Positions 54,601 through 61,053 of a DNA stretch of 64,000 bases are shown here, one piece after another. The stretch's first letter is position 1. Every line of letters starts with the position of its first letter. Source of the DNA: an archaeon (lineage in GTDB: Archaea; Iainarchaeota; Iainarchaeia; Iainarchaeales; GCA-2688035); contig DATDTD010000064.1 in the NCBI GenBank assembly GCA_035290965.1, positions 108 to 64,107 on the forward strand, in the 5' to 3' direction. The position numbers and the translations under genes are program-made. The notes under the pieces are model-generated. The model did not search any database and was not told the origin of the DNA. It was given only the letters and a program-made list of their open reading frames with translations.

Positions 54601-54903
54601 AGCATCAATCTCGATTTTTTTCCCGACTGCTTCAATTTCACGTTCAGCAGTCGATTTTTCTTCCGGTTTCACTGCCCTTTCTTCCTCGGCCTGCTTCATT
54701 GGCTCGCTTATTTCCTGCAGTTTTTTTTTCAGTTCTTCCCCTAGCTCAAACTCTTCCGCTTTTTCGCGCCTTTCGTCGGGCGCTTTTTCAAGGGAAGCCT
54801 TTGCGTCTTCAATTGCAGCCTTTGCCTCTTCCTGAGGAGAGGGCTTTGCCTGTTCCTCAGACTTCGCCCTCATAATCAGTTTTTTCAAATAATCAGTCGG
54901 CAT
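51634..54903 (-). CDS. pilus-assembly ATPase (GspE/FlaI/VirB11 superfamily) interrupted by an intein
   Basis: The exteins carry LLDARLPDGSRVNA, Walker A ISGGAGSGKTT, ERIITIED|...|TAELNL, Walker B RPDRIIVGEVRHREA and His box TGHVGSMGTIHAN. Confidence 0.9.
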   Translation of the reverse strand: MPTDYLKKLIMRAKSEEQAKPSPQEEAKAAIEDAKASLEKAPDERREKAEEFELGEELKKKLQEISEPMKQAEEERAVKPEEKSTAEREIEAVGKKIEIDAYGDVKIYKIPGKPLLYYMVPVTRPSASEKAIVSTIKEAATRLITISPYRIRDVLQRRAIYKQKILEILRSAPELRIPERRFDFYAEAVVREMVGYGIIDPLVRDDKLEEIMVVGAKKPVFLFHRQYGMMTTNIEFFSEQEIQDLTNRIAREVGRRVDISSPLLDARLPDGSRVNATFPPASVEASTLTIRKFREDPYSIVDLINLNTMSAEVAGFLWLAVEGMGSRPANILISGGAGSGKTTTLNVLAAFIPESERIITIEDSVDADEEIIVFEKNNPRRVKIGEIVEKMIETHGCSYSAEKHEICGNIEDLEVLCFDKNGKIVKKRIRCFIRHRTCKKMFEVILKSGKSIKVTEDHSLFAIDEEGNISAIKTGELKENDFIATPRSLPFEASGLKEVNLLDCLEKLERFFICGEKITCVLKKIPKEYLSEFVNQKTAGGKSAMINLWRRKGSIPVRVFRELLEKNYFSNADARGLCFKAGRSRIKIPAMLEIDQEFLELTGLWLADGCYDKNSIIFSVSEAELKELVTRVAARFGISTKMHSDKFSTMVNSALLKTIMKDVLDLKGNAFTKRAPDWTMRLDNRQIAAFLSGYFSGDGTVGKNEIEWTSASKKLMEDVQTLLLRLGIHGRIAKKTYQKDKTFKGRISSYNNILLFEEIVGFIIKRKMERIRETALKKPATHDCSDIIPLPAAFLEAIKGQITVQHEYYSGKSRFGRRFLAKIAQEKPNEKLKMLAEADIFWDQIEKIIALEKTERTVYDLSVPECENFVCSNVFAHNTAELNLPLKHWIRLESRPPGLEGKGELTLDILTKNSLRMRPDRIIVGEVRHREAFSLFTAMNTGHVGSMGTIHANSAQETIVRITSPPMNVPELMLSGLDLILIEHRLHDKKKGTIRRLTEISEVSGVLAGKAQTQPVFSREPVKDLLERSSISARYIQMLGEFTGLAKKDLELEIKERADFLRGLSKKGIRDMKSVQDATNSFILKKRES
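52270..53814 (-). mobile_element. 515-aa intein with a LAGLIDADG homing-endonuclease domain inside the pilus ATPase
   Basis: Starts SVDADEEIIV (block A, Ser1), has block B TEDH, LAGLIDADG motifs LTGLWLADGCYD and AAFLSGYFSGDGTV, and ends VYDLSVPECENFVCSNVFAHN|T. The exteins rejoin to match ERIISIEDTIELDF of the paralogue at 26630. Confidence 0.85.
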
Positions 54904-54978
54904 TGAAACCGATAAGAAAACAGCTTTTTTGAATAAAAACCTTCCGTGCGCCTGAGATGCCTGTTTTCAGAAAAGAAC

Positions 54979-56715
54979 TCATTCCTTTGCTTCGATTTTT
55001 TTCAGGGTTTCTTCAATAAAATCAGTTATTTTTTTTGTTTCTGTTTTGCTGCTTCCCCTGTTTCTCACTGTGACAGTGTTTTCCTTTTCTTCCCTGTCTC
55101 CCACAACAAGAATGAGCGGGACTTTTTCAAGTTCAGCCTGCCTTACTTTGTGGGAAATTGTTTCCTGTTCCCTGTCGACTTCGGCGCGCAAATTTTTTTC
55201 AAGCATTTCTTTTGAAATTTTTTCAGCAAATGCAAAATGCCTGTCTGCAATCGGCAGAATCTTTATCTGGACAGGGCTCAGCCATAATGGAAAGTTTCCC
55301 GCAAAATGTTCTATCAGGATTGCCATGAATCTTTCAAGGCTTCCGAAAGGAGCGCGGTGAATCATTACTGGCCGGTGCGGCTTGTCGTCTTCTCCGATAT
55401 AACTCAAATCAAATCTTTCAGGGAGATTGTAATCAACCTGAATTGTGCCGAGCTGCCATTCTCTCCCCAGGGAATCCTTCACAATAAAATCAAGCTTTGG
55501 GCCGTAAAAAGCTGCTTCGCCTTCTTCGGCTGTAAAGGGAAGTTTTGTTTCCTTCAAAACCTGTTCAATGTCTTTTTCGGCTTTTTTCCAGTTTTCATCG
55601 CTGCCGATGTATTTTGAGGAATCACCGCGCTTTCCGAATCTTGCCCTGTAATCTGAAAATTTCAGTGCATTGAAAATCATTTTTACAATGTCCATTACTG
55701 CCTTGAACTCTGTTTTCAATTGTTCCGGCGTGCAGAAAATATGCGCATCGTCCTGGGTAAAGCCCCGTACTCTCACTAATCCGCTTAACTCTCCCGATTT
55801 TTCATATCTGTAAACAGTTCCGAATTCCGCATACTTCAAAGGAAGCTCCTTGTAAGAGCGCCTTTTCATTTTGTAAACCTGTATATGGTGCGGGCAGTTC
55901 ATCGGCTTGAGCAGAAATTCTTCTTCTTCGATTTTTATCGGGGCATACATGCTTTCCCTGTATGTTTCCAAGTGCCCGGAAGTTTTGTACAAATCTATTT
56001 TTGCAATGTGCGGAGTAACAAGAAATTTGTATCCTTCGCGCAACTGCTGTTTTTTCAAAAAAGCTATCAGCTCTTCCCTTATGACTGTTCCTTTCGGAAG
56101 CCAGATCGGCAATCCCGCCCCAACTTCTTTTGAAATCAAAAAGAGTTCCTGTTCTTTTCCTATTTTCAAATGGCTTCTCTGTTCGGCCTCTTCGCGCTTT
56201 TTCAGCCATTCATCAAGCATTTTCTGTTCGGGAAAAGAAATTCCGTAAATCCTCTGGAGCATTTTATTTTTCTCAGAACCTTTCCAGTATGCTCCCGAGC
56301 TTCTCAATAATTTCACTGCCTTTATTGCCTCTGAATTTTCAATGTGCGGCCCTTTGCATAAATCAGTGAAGCTTCCGTTTGTGTAAGTGGAAATTTTTCC
56401 CTCTTCAAGCTCGTTAATCAGTTCAATTTTGTAAGGCTCGTTTTTGAAAACCTGAAGCGCGTCTTTTTTTGAAATTTCTTTTTTCACAAATTTTTCTTTT
56501 TTCTTTGCGATTTCAAGAATTTTTTTCTCAATCCTTTCAAGGTCCTCGGGAGAAAACGGTTTTTCAACATCAAAATCGTAATAAAAACCCTCTTCAATCG
56601 AGGGGCCTATTGCAAGCCTTGCATCCGGAAACAATTCTTTCACTGCTGCGGCTAAAACATGGCTTGAGGAGTGCCAGAATTTTTCCCTGTAAGACGCGTC
56701 GTTCCAGTTCGGCAT
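54979..56715 (-). CDS. thrS: threonyl-tRNA synthetase (catalytic core + SAD + anticodon-binding; no long N-terminal editing/TGS region)
   Basis: HSSSHVLAAA (SAD HxxxH), class II motifs (FLLKPMNCPHH; GLVRVRGFTQDDAHIF; the motif 3 region) and a C-terminal anticodon-binding domain. Confidence 0.9.
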   Translation of the reverse strand: MPNWNDASYREKFWHSSSHVLAAAVKELFPDARLAIGPSIEEGFYYDFDVEKPFSPEDLERIEKKILEIAKKKEKFVKKEISKKDALQVFKNEPYKIELINELEEGKISTYTNGSFTDLCKGPHIENSEAIKAVKLLRSSGAYWKGSEKNKMLQRIYGISFPEQKMLDEWLKKREEAEQRSHLKIGKEQELFLISKEVGAGLPIWLPKGTVIREELIAFLKKQQLREGYKFLVTPHIAKIDLYKTSGHLETYRESMYAPIKIEEEEFLLKPMNCPHHIQVYKMKRRSYKELPLKYAEFGTVYRYEKSGELSGLVRVRGFTQDDAHIFCTPEQLKTEFKAVMDIVKMIFNALKFSDYRARFGKRGDSSKYIGSDENWKKAEKDIEQVLKETKLPFTAEEGEAAFYGPKLDFIVKDSLGREWQLGTIQVDYNLPERFDLSYIGEDDKPHRPVMIHRAPFGSLERFMAILIEHFAGNFPLWLSPVQIKILPIADRHFAFAEKISKEMLEKNLRAEVDREQETISHKVRQAELEKVPLILVVGDREEKENTVTVRNRGSSKTETKKITDFIEETLKKIEAKE

Positions 56716-56780
56716 AGTATCACTTCAATCAATAATTCTAATTAAAAAAGGGTTAAAAATTCTGCCGTTTTCCTGCAATC

Positions 56781-56793
56781 AGCGGAAACCCGC
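56781..56793 (+). promoter_or_regulatory. copy 4 of AGCGGAAACCCGC (upstream of nreA)
   Basis: Lies 54 nt upstream of the ATG at 56835 and is followed by GCGCGAACAGGTTAATTAAATTT. Confidence 0.6.
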
Positions 56794-56834
56794 GCGCGAA
56801 CAGGTTAATTAAATTTTCCAGCAGAAATTGTTTC

Positions 56835-58067
56835 ATGCTGAACAGTTCTTTGTGCATAAAATGCAAGGGCAAATTGTTGTGCGGGCTGAGCCATTGCCCG
56901 ATACTTGAAAAATACAATTCTTTGCGCAGGACAACCTCGCTGATTTCAGGAAAAGAATTTTCAGGTTCAAGCCCGCCAAGTGTTTTTGTTTCCTGGAAAA
57001 ATTATCCTAATGTTTCAATCGCCCCCCTTGCTCCGCCTGTCATTGACGAAAAAAACTCTTTTCTGGATTCTCCCGAGCAGTGGTTCGGACTGCCGCTTGA
57101 AAAAATTGTTTCAATGCGCGAACAATTGATTCAGAGCAACACAAAGGTTTTCGTTGAAGAAGCCGCAAACCCGAGTTATTCTCTTGTTAACCTGCAGGAA
57201 ATTGCAATGGCTGCAAAGCCAGTAGAGCTTGAAATTGAACTCAAAAAAAAGCCTGTTCCAAGGCTTTCCTTTCACGAAAGCATTGCGCCAATCGGCCCAG
57301 TGGGGGAGCTTGAAAAATTTTCCCTGGTTTCAAATCCCGACATTCCACAGAAAATAGATTATCTTGTTTCCGATACAGCGGTTAAAAGCAATACTGCAGT
57401 GCTTGAGCTTTACTCTGCAGGCTTTCCAGTTTCAACTCTTTACAAGCTGCTTTCAGCGGGAACTCTGGGAGTGAAAAAAAACAGAAAATTTGTTCCGACC
57501 CGCTGGTCGATTGTTGCTGTCGAAGATAACATTGGAAAAGATTTGATTGTAAAAGTAAAGGAGTTTTCAAAAATTTCCGAATTCCAGCTTTTCCACAGCA
57601 ATTACCTTGACAATGATTTCTGGGTTCTGCTTCTGCCAAATGCGTGGTCTTTTGAAAACCTCGAATGCTGGCTGCCCGGGGGAATCTGGACAGCAAAGGC
57701 AAAAAGATTCCACATTTCACAGGACCACGAGTTTTACAACGGAAGAAAAACCTACGCGAGCAATATAACAGGCGCATATTATTCTGCGCGCCTTGGAGTT
57801 CTTGAATACCTGCAGAAAATCCATAAGCAGGCTGCGGCAGTTGTTTTCCGCGAAATCGGAGAAGGCTATTCAATTCCTGTCGGAAGCTGGCAAATTCTTG
57901 AAAACGTGCGGCATTCCTTTGATTCAAAGCCGCTTGTTTTCTACGAACTGCCAATGGTTTTCGAGTTTTTGAAAAGAAAATTAAAAGTGCCAATAAAATT
58001 TTATTTGAAGGAATCAAAACTGCTTGACAGCGCAATGCACCAGAAAAATCTTTTCCAGTTTTCCTAA
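56835..58067 (+). CDS. nreA: NreA-like archaeal DNA repair protein (DUF650/651 family) with a C-terminal PIP-like box
   Basis: N-terminal Zn-ribbon-like CIKCKGKLLCGLSHCP, ...VPTRWSI... in the middle, and a C-terminal QKNLFQFS resembling QxxLxxFF. Confidence 0.6.
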   Translation: MLNSSLCIKCKGKLLCGLSHCPILEKYNSLRRTTSLISGKEFSGSSPPSVFVSWKNYPNVSIAPLAPPVIDEKNSFLDSPEQWFGLPLEKIVSMREQLIQSNTKVFVEEAANPSYSLVNLQEIAMAAKPVELEIELKKKPVPRLSFHESIAPIGPVGELEKFSLVSNPDIPQKIDYLVSDTAVKSNTAVLELYSAGFPVSTLYKLLSAGTLGVKKNRKFVPTRWSIVAVEDNIGKDLIVKVKEFSKISEFQLFHSNYLDNDFWVLLLPNAWSFENLECWLPGGIWTAKAKRFHISQDHEFYNGRKTYASNITGAYYSARLGVLEYLQKIHKQAAAVVFREIGEGYSIPVGSWQILENVRHSFDSKPLVFYELPMVFEFLKRKLKVPIKFYLKESKLLDSAMHQKNLFQFS

Positions 58068-58453
58068 TGCCTGATTCTTCTTCTTTCTTCAATCAGGTTG
58101 ACAATCCTCTGAAGCTCTGCTGCGTGTCCCATTATCTCTTCCTTTATGTCGCGCGCGCGTCTTGGAAACTTTGCATGCTCTGCTTCAAACTCTGCAACAC
58201 GCATGTCAGGCAAGTCCTGAAATCTTTCCGCGGAAGCAATGGCTTTTTTTGCGAATTCCAGCGCAGGGTTTACATAAGCCCAGTCAACTGTTTTTGCATT
58301 TGCGTTCACGCGCAGCAATTCCCTGTTGTGCCTGAACTGCTCGCCTGAAAAAAGTTTAACAGTATTTGCAACGGGCTGCATATGCACTTGTTCAAGCACT
58401 CCCTGCCTTCTTCTTTGGGGGATTCTTCTCACTTTTGCTCTTGGAACAGCCAT
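58064..58453 (-). CDS. hypothetical basic/helical protein
   Basis: ATG at 58453 (MAVPRAKVRRIPQRRRQG...). No family recognised. It overlaps the nreA stop by 4 nt (convergent). Confidence 0.4.
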   Translation of the reverse strand: MAVPRAKVRRIPQRRRQGVLEQVHMQPVANTVKLFSGEQFRHNRELLRVNANAKTVDWAYVNPALEFAKKAIASAERFQDLPDMRVAEFEAEHAKFPRRARDIKEEIMGHAAELQRIVNLIEERRRIRH

Positions 58454-58472
58454 TTTTCCGCCTTGGAAATTT

Positions 58473-59444
58473 TTATTTTTTTGCATACTTCAAAAACTGC
58501 GCAAGCAGTGCTTCTAACTGTATTCTTTCGTTTGCTCCCTCTACAATCCGAAAATTGTATTCTCCGATTGTATCAACAAGCTCTATTTTTGTTTTGCTGG
58601 GAATTTCTTCTTCGGGAGCATCAATTATTTCCCTGTACAACTGCATCAAAATGTCTTCTCCAGCCATTCCGTGCTCGAACATCAAAGAATCAAGCTTCTG
58701 CCTTGCTTCGAGAAAATTTCCTTTCAATGCAAGAGAAATCATTTCCTTTATTTCCTCGGGCTTTGCCCTGCTGCTCACATCGTAAACTGTTTTTTCAGTT
58801 ATTTTGCTTTCAAGCGAGGCTCCCGACTGCAGGACATTTATTGCCTTTCTCATGTCTCCCATTGAAACATAAATAATTGCGTCAAGTGCTTTTTCCTCTA
58901 TTTTTACGTTTTCCTTTTCCGCTATTTCCTTCAATCGCGCAATCATTTCCTTTGAGCCGAGAGGTCTGAACCGAAAAACAACGCACCTGCTTTGAATCGG
59001 TTCTATTATGCGCGAGGAATAATTGCAGCTCAGAACAAACCTGCATGTGCGCGCAAATTTTTCCATTGTCCTTCTAAGCGCCTGCTGTGCGTCCTGGGTA
59101 AGCGCGTCTGATTCGTCCAGAAAAATTATTTTGAAGCCCGAATTGAAAGCGAGCGTTCTTGCAAAATCCTTTATTGTTCCCCGTACAACATCAATTCCTC
59201 TTGTATCTGATGCATTCAGTTCGAGGAAGTTTCTTTCGAATTCCTTTCCGAAAAGCTCTCTTGCAAGGGCAACTGCCGCAGAGGTTTTTCCGCTTCCTGC
59301 AGGGCCGGAAAAAAGAAGATTGGGAACAAGGTTTTTTTTCACATAGCTTTCAAGCCTGTTTACTATTTCCTTCTGCCCTATTATGTCGCCTAGTTTATTA
59401 GGACGGTATTTTTCAATCCAGGGCAATTCTGCTTGTTCTGCCAT
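58473..59444 (-). CDS. rfcS: replication factor C small subunit
   Basis: PWIEKYRP, Walker A GPAGSGKTS, the DEAD-like IIFLDESDALT, SRC motif (QSRC). Confidence 0.95.
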   Translation of the reverse strand: MAEQAELPWIEKYRPNKLGDIIGQKEIVNRLESYVKKNLVPNLLFSGPAGSGKTSAAVALARELFGKEFERNFLELNASDTRGIDVVRGTIKDFARTLAFNSGFKIIFLDESDALTQDAQQALRRTMEKFARTCRFVLSCNYSSRIIEPIQSRCVVFRFRPLGSKEMIARLKEIAEKENVKIEEKALDAIIYVSMGDMRKAINVLQSGASLESKITEKTVYDVSSRAKPEEIKEMISLALKGNFLEARQKLDSLMFEHGMAGEDILMQLYREIIDAPEEEIPSKTKIELVDTIGEYNFRIVEGANERIQLEALLAQFLKYAKK

Positions 59445-59501
59445 AAGACTCGAAAAACTTGTGCTCGCAAAACAATAAAAGCTTATAGAAACAGCAGCCA
59501 G

Positions 59502-60446
59502 TTACCTGATTCTGCGCCTGCTTTGAAGCGGTTTCATAGTATGCTGTCCCAATGCTGCTTTTATGGGTCGCCATAATTGTGTAATCCTGCTTTCAGAAAC
59601 TCCCAGCATTTTCCCTGTTCTTCTCTCGTTTATTCCCGCAAATCTTGCAAGCACTAATGCCTGCTGTTTTTGAGTAAGGCCTTTTTCCTGCAGGAATTTC
59701 AGCACCTGCCTTAAGTTCATTTCTCCTGTTCCTTTTGCGGCAATATTTCCCGCAGTGCCTTTTTCTTCTACCCTGCCTGAATCAATTGAAACAGTCCTGG
59801 GTTTTCTTTTGGATTTTTTTATTATGTCAAGGCAGGCGCTCTTAACAGCAAAATTGCAATAATTGTCAATAATATTCTTTACCTTCTTTTTGTATCTTGC
59901 GGGGTTGAATGTTTCAAGTTTCCATTTCAGCAGATCGCGAATAAAGTCTGCAACCGCTTCCCTGCTTGGCATGGCTGTCCTGATATGCGGGTTTTGCCAC
60001 AGTGCCCTGCTTCTGTTTTCAATTAGCCTTTCTTTTTGTGCAATAATCTGTTCTATTTGTTCCGCTGTAAAATGGCCTGTTTTTCTTGCAGGGTCTCTTG
60101 TAAGGCGCTTTATCACGTGCTTTTTTCCCGTTTGCCTGAAAAGCCAAGCAGAAATGTCGGTTACAACACCGAATGGGACTTTTTCTTCGGCTGCAATTTC
60201 CTTGCCGGTTTTTTGCGTGTTTTGCAGTTTTGTTATTATTGCCTGAATTTTTTGTTCTGCATACTTTCCCGTGAGCGGAATTCTTGGCAGCGGCTTAAGC
60301 GAATAATCCGGCACAAGGGATGCCCTTCCCTGTATTATCGGAACTGCAAGCCTGCGAAGCTCTGCGATTCTTTCCCTGCTGATTTTGGTTTCATGAACCA
60401 TATGATCACTAAGAACAACGGCATTTGCTTTTATTAAATTTACCAA
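59502..60446 (-). CDS. sigma-70-like protein (region 2-like and region 4-like segments) with a roughly 150-aa unknown N-terminal extension
   Basis: The C-terminus LTQKQQALVLARFAGINERRTGKMLGVSESRITQLWRPIKAAL fits the sigma-70 r4 HTH. AVADFIRDLLKWKLETFNPARYKKKVKNIIDNYCNFAVKSACLDIIKKSKRK fits r2. TTG start; an alternative ATG is at 60401. Confidence 0.5.
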   Translation of the reverse strand: MVNLIKANAVVLSDHMVHETKISRERIAELRRLAVPIIQGRASLVPDYSLKPLPRIPLTGKYAEQKIQAIITKLQNTQKTGKEIAAEEKVPFGVVTDISAWLFRQTGKKHVIKRLTRDPARKTGHFTAEQIEQIIAQKERLIENRSRALWQNPHIRTAMPSREAVADFIRDLLKWKLETFNPARYKKKVKNIIDNYCNFAVKSACLDIIKKSKRKPRTVSIDSGRVEEKGTAGNIAAKGTGEMNLRQVLKFLQEKGLTQKQQALVLARFAGINERRTGKMLGVSESRITQLWRPIKAALGQHTMKPLQSRRRIR

Positions 60447-60499
60447 TCAAAGTGCGGTTTGGCAATTGTTTTTAATCAATACGCATTACTTGTTTTAGC

Positions 60500-61030
60500 A
60501 TGGAAGCAAAAAAGCCTGAATTTGAAATGCCCAAGCCACTTGACTCTATGCAGAAGATTCTTGCGATTATTTTCTTTGTTTTTTCCTACGGAATACTCTT
60601 CGCGATTGGCTCTGCGAGCTCGCAGATTCAGAATGCTGTTGCAAACATCCCAATCCTCAATCTTATCCTGCCATTGCCAGTGGTTTACGACATCCCGACA
60701 AATCCCATATGGAATGTTTCAATGATGTATCTCCTGATGCCGATTGTGGGATTCTGGCTTGTTTTCCTTTCAATTGACTGGATACAGGAATTTTTCGAAA
60801 CAAAGCACGCGAAGACAATTGTTTTTCCCATAATTTTCACTGTTTTCTGCCTTGCGGCATTGTATGTTGCAGTTTATTGGATGGCTGCAGAAAACGCTGT
60901 CCTTTCAGGGCGGGGGACTGTTTCTTTTGATTTCTGGACAGAGCTTAGAGTCTCTGCATTCTATCTTTTCCTTGTTTCCGGCCTCCTGGGATGGGTTTCA
61001 AGGATTGCTGTCGAAAAAATAAAAATTTGA
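60500..61030 (+). CDS. membrane protein, unknown function
   Basis: 176 aa with five hydrophobic segments. Confidence 0.5.
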   Translation: MEAKKPEFEMPKPLDSMQKILAIIFFVFSYGILFAIGSASSQIQNAVANIPILNLILPLPVVYDIPTNPIWNVSMMYLLMPIVGFWLVFLSIDWIQEFFETKHAKTIVFPIIFTVFCLAALYVAVYWMAAENAVLSGRGTVSFDFWTELRVSAFYLFLVSGLLGWVSRIAVEKIKI

Positions 61031-61053
61031 ATCTTTCCTGAACCTGTTTGCTT

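Noticed and set aside
41338-54903. Cluster considered as an archaellum (fla) operon
   Set aside because: There are no FlaC/D/E/F/G/H-like genes and no archaellin-sized FlaB proteins. The many short pilins and the Tad-like split platform fit an adhesive type IV pilus better.
57382-58092. 236-aa minus-strand ORF inside nreA
   Set aside because: Antisense artefact; the + strand protein has coherent family-like motifs.
1342-58453. Two unrelated small basic ORFs (1342 and 58453) both start with MAVPR
   Set aside because: The similarity does not extend beyond five residues, so it is most likely coincidence.
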